Assembly: GCA_965198005.1 (NCBI GenBank)
Contig: CBDAOI010000004.1
Coordinates: 320,001 to 384,000 of the forward strand
DNA: 64,000 nt
Source: Spirochaetia bacterium
GTDB lineage: Bacteria > Spirochaetota > Spirochaetia > SZUA-6 > Bin103
Reading direction: 5' to 3'
The notes beneath the pieces are model-generated. The model saw only the letters and a program-made list of their open reading frames with translations, was not told where the DNA came from and did not search any database. This document shows positions 32,130 to 42,588 of the stretch, in pieces. The position numbers and the translations under genes are program-made. Each line of letters opens with the position of its first letter. The first letter of the stretch is position 1.

Positions 32130-33911
32130 TCAGAACCCCATCGATTTCTTCAGATCGAGGTCGAGCCAGAGACGCGCCAAGACAGGGCCGCGACTCCAAT
32201 TTACGTACTCGCCGTCGTAGCCCTTGACCCAGGGCTGGTTCACATTGAGATTCGGTGCCTTGCCGCCCCACACGTAATAGTGGTTTCGCAACATGAGTAG
32301 GAGCGCTTCCTGCGAAGCCCTCTGCTGCTCCTCGAGAGTAGACGCGCTTTGCGCGGCCTGAAACAGGGCATCGAACTCCGGGTTCGACACACCGGCGGGG
32401 TTCCATCCCGCGGTTGAGAGGCTCTGCGCCAACGGAGACAGCTCACCCCACGTATTCCCCACCGGATAGGAGGTCATGCTTTGGTAATCATGATTATTGA
32501 TCCCAGCCGCCCAATCAGCGGTGGACGTGACCTGTACCTCGACGTCGATACCAACCTCGAGAAGCTGCTCCGCCATGATCTCGAATATGTTCACATCGTA
32601 GACATCTCTTGCCTCGATGTTGGTTTTGAACCTGATACCATCGGCGCCGCGCGGGTAGCCGGCATCGTCGAGGAGCTTCTCTGCCTCGGCCGGGTTGTAC
32701 CGGTAGAACTTCTTGATCTCCTCGGGCCACTCGTCGAATGGCGGTGAATACCCTACGATGTCGATCGCCGTGTGGGCCTCAGGCGTCGCTCTTCCCCTGC
32801 CCTTCCAGTAGGAGTCGTTGATCGCTTCCACATCGAGTGCCATCTGGACCGCGTGGCGAACTCTGAGGTCGTTGGTCGGCTCCACGGCGAGATTCATCGC
32901 AAGACCCATTCCGCTCTCATAATACTCCGTGACCTGGGTTTCGGGATTGGTCCGCGTGAGATCCTCAACAACGTCGAGACTGTATATGTGCGAATAGGAG
33001 AGCCCACCCAAGTAGTCGATCTGGCCCGACCGGAATGCTGCCAAACGCGTCGACTCCTCGGGCATCACCAACCACACGATCTCGTCGATATAGGGCAGGC
33101 GATTGTCCGGGTACTTCTCGTCGAACGCCCAGTAGTTGGGGTTCTTGGTGTAGCTCAGGGAGCTGCCCTCGACCCAGTCGACCAGCTCATAGGGGCCGGT
33201 GCCAACCAGGTTGCGCCAATCCAAGAGGTCGCCGTGCTCTTCGATGACCTCTGGCGGCATGATGTTACTGGTGTAATGGTAGAGGATCGTCCGCTCCGCG
33301 GCGAAATTGGGCTCCTTTAGCCGAAAGACGACCGTATGGTCGTCGGTGGCCGTTACCGATTCGATGCCGATGTCGTCGAGCTGCGACTGCTGCGCCACGA
33401 AGGGGCTGCCTTCGGTGTAGCCACTGCCCAGCCCCAAATAGCGGTGCCAGTTGTATTCCACATCCTTGGCAGTGAGCTCGCGGCCATTCATCGGCGCCTT
33501 GTCGTGCCAGTGGACGCCGCTTCGGATCCGGACCGCAAGCGTCACCGGGGCGGTCCATTCCCAGCTCTCGGCCAACTCACCGGCTATCGCGAAGAGAGGC
33601 AGATACCCCGATTGAAAACCGAATCGCTGCCTGTCTATCGCCCAGTCCGCCTCCGCCAGCTTCTCGTTCGTGAACATCACGGCAACGTGAGCCAGGTGCC
33701 CTTGCCAGGGGTCGGAATTCGCAGGCTCGCTGACCGACCCGAAGGTGATGGTGCCGCCGTACTCGGGCGCGGTCACCATCTTGCCGGTGGCTGGGTCGCG
33801 CACCATTTCCTTCTCGGCCGCCGCCGAGTCGCTGTCGCTGCCGCCAGCGGCAAACGCAACGGTCGCCACCAGCGCGAACGCCAGTGCTATCGATAAAAAC
33901 TTTGAAACCAT
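32130..33911 (-). CDS. family 5 ABC substrate-binding protein (SBP2)
   Basis: SD GAGGAGG, signal peptide, same motif set as SBP1. Confidence 0.93.
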   Translation of the reverse strand: MVSKFLSIALAFALVATVAFAAGGSDSDSAAAEKEMVRDPATGKMVTAPEYGGTITFGSVSEPANSDPWQGHLAHVAVMFTNEKLAEADWAIDRQRFGFQSGYLPLFAIAGELAESWEWTAPVTLAVRIRSGVHWHDKAPMNGRELTAKDVEYNWHRYLGLGSGYTEGSPFVAQQSQLDDIGIESVTATDDHTVVFRLKEPNFAAERTILYHYTSNIMPPEVIEEHGDLLDWRNLVGTGPYELVDWVEGSSLSYTKNPNYWAFDEKYPDNRLPYIDEIVWLVMPEESTRLAAFRSGQIDYLGGLSYSHIYSLDVVEDLTRTNPETQVTEYYESGMGLAMNLAVEPTNDLRVRHAVQMALDVEAINDSYWKGRGRATPEAHTAIDIVGYSPPFDEWPEEIKKFYRYNPAEAEKLLDDAGYPRGADGIRFKTNIEARDVYDVNIFEIMAEQLLEVGIDVEVQVTSTADWAAGINNHDYQSMTSYPVGNTWGELSPLAQSLSTAGWNPAGVSNPEFDALFQAAQSASTLEEQQRASQEALLLMLRNHYYVWGGKAPNLNVNQPWVKGYDGEYVNWSRGPVLARLWLDLDLKKSMGF

Positions 33912-34179
33912 AATGGTTCCTCCTCAAGGGTCAACGTGTGACCCATATTTCTATAGCCGGCTATGCCGACTTCAAATACTTGATGATGGTGATGGACGCG
34001 CGGACGCGTTGCGGCCGGCGCGGACGTCAGCCGAATCAGAACGGGCGCGAGGCGCGCGGACGCGTGGCGGCCGACGGGGTCGGCCGTTGGGGACACGGAT
34101 GCGTGGCGGGTGGGCGCCACGCGGATCGATGGTGCTGCGGTCAGCACCGGCGCCGAGCGAACGGCTGTCGCGCGGTTGT

Positions 34180-34395
34180 CACAGCGAACCGGTCACTGCG
34201 CTGCCTGTCATCGTGACGCTTCATGACCATCCGTCGAACCCCAAGTGAGGCACGCTAGCATAGGCGCGGCGCGCCGTCAACGACTCGTGGGGGTCACCGG
34301 CAACCCGTCACTGCGCTGACTGTCATCATGGCGCTTCATCGGCATCCGTCGCCCCAAGCCAGGCATGATAGCGTGGGCGCGACGACCCTTTCAAC
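34180..34395 (-). repeat. leader repeat array (2 units) upstream of SBP2
   Basis: Reverse complement of the 38-kb units; TTGAAA-N18-TATCAT and TTGACG-N17-TAGCGT on the minus strand. Confidence 0.85.
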
Positions 34396-34448
34396 CCATT
34401 CCTCCCGTGAAAGGCATGCACCGGACGGCCCGACCCGGCCCGACCCGG

Positions 34449-35864
34449 CCGAACTTCTATAACTGATTGCAGGTGAAGTAGTTAGCCACCGTCAAGCAGC
34501 CCGGTGCGATGACCTGACCACCGTCAGCCACCGCCGGTCGGCCGATTCCGCGGGCTGGCGCGGTGCGGCGATCGGCCTTCGGGGGCGGTGCTCAGCCGCG
34601 GCCGGCACACCTGCGCCGCAGCCCCAGTCAGGGATCGTTCAGGGAGCAGGTTCAGTTCTCCAGGGAGCGGCTACCCGGACAGCGGCTGCGGCGGCGAGTT
34701 CATCCGCACCAGCACCTGGTCCCACGACCGGATCAGGAATAGCCGGAACGTGGCGCGGATCGCGCCCCAGAACTCCCGGCGCGACCCGAACCCAGCCCGC
34801 ACCTGCTGATACAGACCGTCCACCAGCTCGAATATCTGGTGCATGAAATAGGCCAGCAGGTTGAGTAGGAAGAACGCCTCCGACAGGTACTTGTCACCGT
34901 GGCCGAAGTTGTGCTCCAGGTGATAGCCCTGGTTCTTCAGCGCTTCAGCGCTTCAGCGTATTGAACCCCTCGTTCTCGATCTTCCAGCGTGCTCGTCCCG
35001 CACGCACGATCCGCGCGACGCTGCCAGCGGTGGGTACCAAGTCGGTCACCCAGGCGTTTTGATAGGTGGGCGTGCCGGCCCGTACGATGCGGTAGTGCAC
35101 GAAGTTGATCTGGGGACTGCGGGGGTTGCCGTTCAGCGGCACCCCGGTAACCCACTCGTATTCATGCCGGTCCCCGGTCGCGTCGATGGTGCAGCGGTGG
35201 TCCAGCAGCCGACCGCGGCGCAGCCCGTCGATATCCTGGTACAGGCTGGTGTGATCCTCCGGCTTGGCCACCAGCAGAAACGAGAAGCGGGCGGCGCGCA
35301 ACTGTTCGATGAACGGTTGCTTGGAGTACAGACTATCGGCGACGATCACCGCAGCCAGCCGGGGATGGTCGTTACGGATGCGCTGCACGGCACGGTAGCC
35401 GGCTTTTATTTCACAGTCCTGCTTGCGGCGTTTGGCGCTCTTGGCGCCAGAGCCATCGGCGTTGTGAATGAACACGGGAGCCAACGGCAGCACCTGCCGC
35501 TTGTCGGGGTGGACGATGGCGGTCTGCAGGATGTCGTGGTGGTAGCGTACGGTGCCGTTCTTGGTGGCGGTCAGACAGCACTCACAGTTCACCTTGTACG
35601 AGCTGAAGTACTGGGAGCCGTCCATGGTGATGAGGTAGCGACCGTCGAGGAACTGATAGTGCTGCAGCCATTTGGCGTCCTGCATGCGCCCTATCCAGTC
35701 GCCGAAGCAGCCGAGCAGCGGTTCATAGTCATGGCTGTCGAGCAGATCGCGGAACTGGGAGTCGGCAGGGATCCGAGCGACGCCAAACGTAGAGTTGAGG
35801 TTGTTGGTGCGGAGTTGGTCCTGGAAGCGGCGTTGGAACTCCAGCACGGAAGGGTCTTGGAGGT
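34449..35864 (-). mobile_element. ISNCY-like DDE transposase element (copy 2), frameshifted, 5' end interrupted by a RIT element
   Basis: QDPSVLEFQRR, DGSQYFSS, KQDCE, ADSLYS, RWKIENEGFN; (CGCTGAAG)3 frameshift. Confidence 0.85.
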
Positions 35865-35958
35865 AATATGTTGCGGTGCTCGTTATGTTGCGTTCGAGCC
35901 GTTTCTCCTTGTGGAGTAAGGAACCGGGCTCCGATCAACGCAACATAACGGCGTGCGC

Positions 35959-36966
35959 TCACAGCGTTCGCAAGAACGCCATCAGACCGGTGTCCTCCCG
36001 CCACGGTTTGGTCGTTTGCGGTTCGGTCGCGTCGCACAGAGAGATTGCCTTGGCCTTCGTCTCAAGGTCGATTTCGACGTAGACATTCGTTGTGTCCAGC
36101 TTGGCGTGGCCGAGCCATGCCCGAATCGTGTTGAGGTCCACGCCGGCACGCAACAGGTGAGTCGCCGTGGTGTGGCGAATCACGTGCGGGCTGACGCGCT
36201 TGCCGACCAGCGACGATACCCGGGCTGAGGCGACGGTCGCGCAGCGACCGACCAAGCGGCCGATGCCGAAGCGGGTGATCGGTTGTCCGTGCCGGTTGAG
36301 GAAGACCTGCTCCGCGGCAGGGCGCCCATCGACCAAAGCTGCCAGCAGGCGCGCCGTGCGCGGCCAGAGCGGGCACTGACGGACCTTGCCGCCCTTTCCG
36401 CGTACCGTTGCCAGAGAAGGATGCGACCCGGGGACGGTCAGTTGTAGATCGCCGACCGTGAGTTGCGCGGCCTCGGACGCCCGGACGCCGGTGTTGTAGA
36501 GGAACAGCAGCAGGGCACGCTCGCGGCGGCCCTGCCGCGTGCCGTGGTTGGGAGCGTCGAGTAAGGCGTCGATCTCGGACTTCTCCAGATAGGAGATCGG
36601 CTTGGGGGCCGCCTTCTTGCGGGGCAGAGCACGGATCTGCGTGCACCATTCGACGTGCTCGGGACTGCGGCTGCCGACGAAGCGGGCAAACGAACAGATG
36701 GCCGTGAGCCGCTGATTGCGGGTCTGCGGGGAGCAGCCCCGCGCATCTTCAAGATGTGCGAGGAACTGCAGCACACGCTCGGAGGTGAGATCGAAGACGG
36801 CCAGCCGGTCGACCGGTTTGCGCCGCGCGCGGCTGACGAAGGGGAGCAGCAAAACCAGCGTGTCACGGTAGCTGCGTTGAGTGTTGCGGGCCAGATTACG
36901 CTCACTCACCAGATGCTCCGCGAGGAAGCGTCGCAGCCAAGGGCCCAGAGTACGGGTATCAGTCAT
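35959..36966 (-). CDS. tyrosine recombinase (RitC-like)
   Basis: SYRDT, YNTGVRASE, GKGGK.R, SPHVIRHT, WLGH..LDTTNVY. Confidence 0.9.
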   Translation of the reverse strand: MTDTRTLGPWLRRFLAEHLVSERNLARNTQRSYRDTLVLLLPFVSRARRKPVDRLAVFDLTSERVLQFLAHLEDARGCSPQTRNQRLTAICSFARFVGSRSPEHVEWCTQIRALPRKKAAPKPISYLEKSEIDALLDAPNHGTRQGRRERALLLFLYNTGVRASEAAQLTVGDLQLTVPGSHPSLATVRGKGGKVRQCPLWPRTARLLAALVDGRPAAEQVFLNRHGQPITRFGIGRLVGRCATVASARVSSLVGKRVSPHVIRHTTATHLLRAGVDLNTIRAWLGHAKLDTTNVYVEIDLETKAKAISLCDATEPQTTKPWREDTGLMAFLRTL

Positions 36967-37905
36967 CGCGGCCTCCGGTTGCGGTCTCTGCGTAGCGCTC
37001 GAAGCGGAGCGAAGCCTCGCGCAGCAACTCAGGGGTCATGCTGAGATAGACAGCGGTTCCTGCGATGTTGACGTGGCCCAGGTAGGTGGAGAGGAATGGC
37101 AGCAAGCGTTGCACGTCCTTCCCTTGGCGGTACCAGGAGGTCAGTCGATGGACGGCGAACGAATGTCGCAGGTCGTGCAGGCGCGGCTGACGGCGGGCTC
37201 CGACCGGGTTCTGCACTCCAGCCGCTTGGCGCAAAGCGGCGAACGCCGTGTGCACGGTTGTGCGCGCCAGCGGCGTGCCATCGCGATTCGCAAGGAAAGG
37301 CAAATCGTGCGCTGCAGGGGCGGTGTAGGGCGCCCGCCGCGCGACGTATTCCGCGAGCACCTGGGTAAGGTGCGACCCCAGCGGCACGAGCCGGCTCTTG
37401 TAAAACTTGGTCGCGCACGGTGAGCAGCCCGGCCGGCAGGTCGACGTCGGCCGCGTGAGCCGCCGCGCTTCGCCGTGCCGCAAGCCGGCTCCGCCAACAG
37501 CAGCAGCGCGCGGAACGTGTGCGCCTGCAACTGCACCGCTCGCTTGCGACAGCCATCCACGGCGTCGAACAGGCGGCGCAGTTCGTCACGCGAATAGATG
37601 TACGCCGGTGCGGACGGGGGCTCCTTCGGTTCGTCCGCAGGCAACGGCGAATGGGTCGCGTGGCCGCGGCTGATCGCATAGCGGTAGAAACCGACGAGCA
37701 CCGTACGCTTGTTGGCCCGGTAGCGGGTGAGGAAGCCGTTGCCTGCGAGGAAGGCACGCGCCTGTTCGGTGCCTGCGGCGTCGCAGCCGACCTCGCCGCC
37801 GACGCTGCGGCAGTAGAGGTGCAGAATGCTGGCGCCGGACCTGAAGTGCGCACCCCGCGCTTGCCGCCAAGCGATGTATTGATCAACGACCTCAGCGAGC
37901 GTCAT
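36959..37905 (-). pseudogene. tyrosine recombinase (RitB-like), frameshifted
   Basis: MTLAEVVDQYIAWRQARG...YIYSRDEL; TKFYKSRLVP, LHDLRHSFA, STYLGH in another frame. Confidence 0.8.
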
Positions 37906-38060
37906 ATCAGCCACTCCAGGTCGATGTCCGCCACTTGGCGCAGTCCGGCGAGGTCGACCTTGGCGTATACCGCCGTTGTGGTCGGGCTGCGATGCCCGAG
38001 ATGGTCTCCGATCTCCTTGAACGACAGCCCTTGGTCCAACAGGCGCTGCGCGCATGCGTG
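37902..38060 (-). pseudogene. tyrosine recombinase (RitA-like), C-terminal remnant
   Basis: HACAQRLL..G.SFKEIGDHLGHRS..TT.VYAKVD. Confidence 0.8.
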
Positions 38061-38516
38061 GACGCGCCAGGATGGCGTAAGCGTAGTGACCGGTGGCCGG
38101 TGATGTTCGGTGACGTGCGAGTCGTTGACAGGCTGGTCGCGTCCATAGCAAGCTTGCCTCGCCTCGGCTTCGACGGATCGATGATGACGCGCCATGACGA
38201 CAGTCAGCGCAGTGACCGGTTGGCGGTGACGTTCGGTGACCGCCGAGTCGTTGACAGGCGCGCCGCGCCTATGCTAGCGTGCCTCGCTTGGGGCGACGGA
38301 TGCCGATGAAGCGCCATGATGACAGTCAGCGCAGTGACGGGTTGCCGGTGACCTTCGCTCACCCCGGTGACCCCCACGAGTCGTTGACGGCGCGCCGCGC
38401 CTATGCTAGCGTGCCTCACTTGGGGTTCGACGGATGGTCATGAAGGGTCACGATGACAGGCAGCGCAGTGACCGGTTAGTTGTGACGCAGCCAGTGCATC
38501 CTGCTACCCCCCCCCC
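38061..38516 (+). repeat. leader repeat array (3 full units plus a partial) ending in TA(C)10
   Basis: TTGAC at 38125, 38251, 38384 (periods 126, 133). Confidence 0.9.
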
Positions 38517-38728
38517 ATTACGCACCGAGAAACAACTAACCGCCCCGGCTGATCGCTCCGTACGCGACCCCGCGCACGCCGTCGCCTTCACCACCGCCGT
38601 AGCTGTCGGTGGTGCCGGCTCGGTCCATCGCCGAACCGGCATGCGGACCGCCCGCGCCCTTCCCGCCGACCGCAACGGTGCCGGATCCCCGCCTGCGACT
38701 AACTGCGAGGGCACCCTGTGCCCCAAGA

Positions 38729-40352
38729 GTCGGACTACCGCACCGGGCTCCTGCCTCAGGTATGACGCCAAGGCGGTACAAGGGATAGGGATGGCACACT
38801 CGGGGCGGTGGCAACCAGTGGTCGAGCAGACGGCTCATCCGCTCCCAGGTAAGCCGGGTTTTCTGACTGCGCCGCCGCATCGACCGATACCAGAGCCGAC
38901 CAACCCGGAGGCGGAACAGGCGGAGTGCGCGGGAGTTCGTGGGTACCCCGTAGTAGCGCAGGTGCCCACCCACAACCGAGCGCAGCCAGCTTCCCACCTC
39001 CGGGACCGGATCGTGCAGGCGCCGCCGAAGCTCGGCATCCGAGCGGTGTCGGAATCCGACGACGATGTCATCCGCGTAGCGCACGACGATCACCTCGCCA
39101 CGCGCCTGCGTCTGCCGCCAGCGCCGGACCCACAGGTCGAACACGTAGTGCAGGTAGATGTTGGCAAGAAGCGGCGAAGCGCTGCCTCCCTGCGGCGTCC
39201 CCTGTTCGCTGCGTGTCCGCGTCCCACCGTGGTCGATGGCATCGAAGAACCCACGGATGTCCATGTCGAGCACCCAGTTCACCTTCCGTGTCAGCAGGCC
39301 CACATAGAGTGCGTCCAACGCATTGTGTTGGCTGCGCCCCGGGCGGAACCCGTAACTGAACCCGAGAAAATCGGTCTCGTAGATGGCGTTCAGCACCTCG
39401 ACCGTCGCACGCTGGACGATCTTGTCTTCCAGCGCCGTCACGCCGAGCGGTCGTTGCCGCCCGTCGGTCTTGGGGACGAACACCCTCCGCACCGGCTTCG
39501 CCCGGTACGCTCCTCGCTGCAGCCGTCCACAGAGGTCCAGGAGGTTGCCCTCCAGGTCCCCTCCGTACTGCCGCCACGTCACCCGGTCCACCCCCGGCGC
39601 GGCTTCCCGCTTGAGGCTGAAGTACGCCTCCCGGAGGATCGCGGGGTTGTCGACGTGGTGCATGAGCGCGGTGAACCGCAGCGTCCTATCCCGTCGCGCT
39701 GCTTGACGTATCCGCTCCAGCGCACTGAGCGCGCCCTCCCGGCGCAGTGTCCGGGGCGCGTTTTGCTGGCGCGGATTCCCTTTGGCCAGGCCCCTTTCCT
39801 CCACCCGCTCCGCGGCCCGGTTGCTGCCGGCCGGCGTGACCGTAGGTTCTCCCTTGGCTGTATCCGGCGTTTCCGCCTGCGTGCCCGTGTAGGGTTCACC
39901 ATAGCCGCGCCGCCTGAGGCAGCTCCCGTCCTTGTTCGCGGGCTTCTCAGGTACTACGGGCCTGTCCGACTTCCCAGCTCCGTTCATCGTCGGCGTCCGT
40001 CCTTGGACTTCCCGACACGGCCTGCGGCGCCATCCGCCACAGGCGAAGCTGGGATCTCCCGGCTCCCGCGCAAGGTGTTTCCGTACGTGCCCGGGGTCTG
40101 TGACCGCGCAGGGTCCCGTGGCGCCTCGCGATATCGGCGCCCCGGGTGTGGCCTTCCGCCTCCTCCTAAGGCGTCGGCACCCCGAAGTAATCTCGTTTCG
40201 CGGCTCGATACCCGGCCCGCACGTACCCCTGTCAACGCTTCACCCCCGCCCTCGCGAGCGGCGGCGCATGACTCGGGGCCGTCGTGGGTCGCTAGCCCTT
40301 CGACGTATGACTCTCTCATTCACAACAACCTTGCCGGTTTTTGCCGGCGCAC
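38729..40352 (-). mobile_element. group II intron 2 (class E-like) with internally deleted RT and damaged domain V/VI
   Basis: Starts GTGCGCC (40352), ends GAC (38729); boundaries fixed by the empty site at 53581-53600; RT motifs PQGGSASP, YADD. Confidence 0.9.
38750..39987 (-). pseudogene. ltrA: intron-encoded reverse transcriptase/maturase with two internal deletions
   Basis: AAPGVD, RPLGV, SYGFRP, DIRGFFD then a jump to GTPQG; YADD then a jump to domain X. Confidence 0.85.
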
Positions 40353-40363
40353 AGGAGGTGAAG

Positions 40364-40399
40364 ATGATACTGAAAGAACCGCACGCGCGCGCGGTGTGA
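40364..40399 (+). CDS. putative 11-aa leader peptide MILKEPHARAV
   Basis: SD AGGAGGTGA; four homologous copies in the window. Confidence 0.55.
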   Translation: MILKEPHARAV

Positions 40400-40485
40400 G
40401 CCGGGGTGAACTACGGGCCTGGTTCCCGCTCCCCCTGTGAGTCACCCGCCGCGCGCTTTTCGTGTATTGGACTCAGACTGGCAGA

Positions 40486-40543
40486 GCCCGCGTTGCGGGC
40501 GCGAGAGTAGCCAGGGAGCGCAAGTCGCTCCGCAATACTCTCG
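40486..40543 (+). ncRNA. candidate cis-regulatory two-hairpin RNA motif (copy 1)
   Basis: GCCCGC-GTT-GCGGGC plus CGAGAGTA...GGAGCG/CGCTCC...TACTCTCG just before the SBP3 start. Confidence 0.6.
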
Positions 40544-40567
40544 AAAAATCCACATAGGGAGAAACCT

Positions 40568-42364
40568 ATGAACATTGCAATAATTAGAATGACCTTCGCG
40601 ATTGCGTTGGTCCTGATTCTGAGCGCAACCGGCCTGTGGGCCGCCGGCTCAGAAGAGGAGCCGGCAGCCGCTGCCGACAAGAAGTATGTGACCGACCCCA
40701 CCACCGGCAAAGCGGTGAGCGCGCCAGAGTATGGCGGGACATTGACCTGGGCTGGTGCTTACAATCCTTCGACTACTGATTCCTGGAACTATGGCGGGAC
40801 TGTCGCCACCGCCGGCGTTCTACAGATGCTAGCAATGGCGGACTGGGGAGTGGACAGGAGTGTCTTTAACCTCAAGACCATGTACGTACCTATGTCTCAC
40901 ATGAAAGGGGTGCTGGCGGAAAGCTGGGAGCAGCCCGACGACACAACGATAATCTTCCACATCCGGAAGGGCGTTCACTGGCACAATAAGCCACCGGTGA
41001 ACGGTCGGGAGCTAACTGCCGATGATGTCGTATATAACTGGCACCGTCTATTGGGACTGGGCAAGTTCAGTGAAGCCGGACCTACCCCAGCACATAGATT
41101 CGTAGCGAGATTCGAATCGGTAACGGCCACCGACGATTGGACGGTTGTTTTTAAGCTCGAGAAGCCATCCCTCGCTGGAATGTTTGATATCCTCCTCAAC
41201 TCCCGTGCTGCTATAAACTCCCCCGAGGTAATCGAGGAACACGGTGATGTTGCGGACTGGAGGAACCTGGTCGGCACCGGGCCCTTTATGCTGACTGACT
41301 GGACCGAGGACGTCTCTCTGACCTGGACCAAGAATCCTGACTACTGGGGCTTTGACGAAAAATACCCGGAGAACCGCCTGCCCTATGTTGACGAGACCAT
41401 AGCTCTGATCATGAAAGATGAGGCAACACGAATAGCGGCACTGCGCACGGGTGTGGTCGATGCCCTGGAAAATGCTGGCTCTGCTCAAATAAAATCTATC
41501 GACGCGGCGGAGAGGCTCAAGGAGACCAACCCCGAACTCGTGTTCTGGCCTTTTTCGATTCGGTCGGAGACGTCTGGTGCCTATAACACTACGAAGCCGC
41601 TCTTTGACGACATCAGGGTGCGCCACGCGATGCAGATGGCACTAGACCTCGAGACGATTAACAATACCTACTATAAGGGTTACGCAGATTGGATACCTCA
41701 GGGGATTGTAGGGACAGGCCTTACGGAGTATTTCGTCCCATTTGAAGAGTGGCCTGAAGAGGTCAAGCAATACTATATCTATGACCCGGAAGGGGCAGAA
41801 GCGTTGCTTGATGAGGCTGGATATCCGCGCGGCGCCGACGGCATTAGATTCAAGACCACATTCGAATGCTCGGAAACTCTTGATGTAGGCGGTTTTGAAT
41901 TATTCGCTGGGTACTGGCGTGAGATTGGCGTTGATGTAGAGGTCATGCCACTCGAGAGCGCCACTCATGTGGCTAATATACAGACCCATGCTTATGAAGG
42001 TCTGGTCGGTGTACCGCAGGGCCTCGATTATACCGAACCCCTTGGGGTTTTCAAATCATTTCTTTACACGGATGCGCTATGGAACCAATCGGGGATTAGC
42101 ATCCCGGAACTGGACGCCATGATTGACGCCGCCGGAGCGACTCTGGACATGCAAGAGAAAATCAGGTTGTCTAAAGAGATCAATATGTACGCGTTAGAGA
42201 ACCACTGGTACTTGTGGGGTCCTAGAGTTCCAAACTTTCTGGTGTACCAGCCGTGGATTATAGGTTTCAACGGTGAATATGACTTGGGGGTTAATCAAAG
42301 ATTTGCTAACCTCTTCGCCCGTCTCTGGATTGATAGTGAGCTGAAGAAATCCATGGGTCATTAG
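40568..42364 (+). CDS. family 5 ABC substrate-binding protein (SBP3)
   Basis: Signal peptide LWAAG, PEYGG, LAESW, GTGPF, ARLWID. Confidence 0.93.
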   Translation: MNIAIIRMTFAIALVLILSATGLWAAGSEEEPAAAADKKYVTDPTTGKAVSAPEYGGTLTWAGAYNPSTTDSWNYGGTVATAGVLQMLAMADWGVDRSVFNLKTMYVPMSHMKGVLAESWEQPDDTTIIFHIRKGVHWHNKPPVNGRELTADDVVYNWHRLLGLGKFSEAGPTPAHRFVARFESVTATDDWTVVFKLEKPSLAGMFDILLNSRAAINSPEVIEEHGDVADWRNLVGTGPFMLTDWTEDVSLTWTKNPDYWGFDEKYPENRLPYVDETIALIMKDEATRIAALRTGVVDALENAGSAQIKSIDAAERLKETNPELVFWPFSIRSETSGAYNTTKPLFDDIRVRHAMQMALDLETINNTYYKGYADWIPQGIVGTGLTEYFVPFEEWPEEVKQYYIYDPEGAEALLDEAGYPRGADGIRFKTTFECSETLDVGGFELFAGYWREIGVDVEVMPLESATHVANIQTHAYEGLVGVPQGLDYTEPLGVFKSFLYTDALWNQSGISIPELDAMIDAAGATLDMQEKIRLSKEINMYALENHWYLWGPRVPNFLVYQPWIIGFNGEYDLGVNQRFANLFARLWIDSELKKSMGH

Positions 42365-42588
42365 TGTCTGGTCTCGGGGATAACTGAACCGTCTAAGGGA
42401 GCTGGGGGGCTCAGGCCTCCCGGCTCCGACACACATGTCATTGCGAGGCGCGCTTCCTCACTGTCATTCCGGCGGTCCGCCGAAGCGGCGGAGACCCGGA
42501 ATCCAGAAAACGCAACCATTTGAAATGGGAATGACGAAAGAGGGCTGGCAATGACGGGGGAAATCGCAATGACAAGGAGTAGTGTCAC

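Larger units (their letters stand above)
35864..38060 (-). mobile_element. RIT (recombinase-in-trio) element, truncated in the first recombinase
   Basis: Three overlapping tyrosine recombinase genes; terminal repeats TATGTTGCG x2 and CGCAACATAAC at 35864-35950. Confidence 0.8.

Noticed and set aside
38061-38516. Repeat arrays as a CRISPR or TIGR-type guide array
   Set aside because: Units are ~130 bp and homologous along their whole length with no unique spacers; no cas or Nop-domain gene is nearby; ATGATGA occurs but without a paired CTGA box.
39068-40319. RT plus nearby repeats and variable SBPs as a diversity-generating retroelement or retron
   Set aside because: The RTs sit inside group II intron RNA with defined boundaries; I saw no template/variable repeat pair with adenine-specific differences.
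40353-40366. Intron 2 targeting the 16S rRNA 3' end (TCACCTCCT)
   Set aside because: IBS1 would match, but the candidate EBS2 fits the local ATCTT rather than the usual 16S upstream GGATC; there is no direct evidence in the window.
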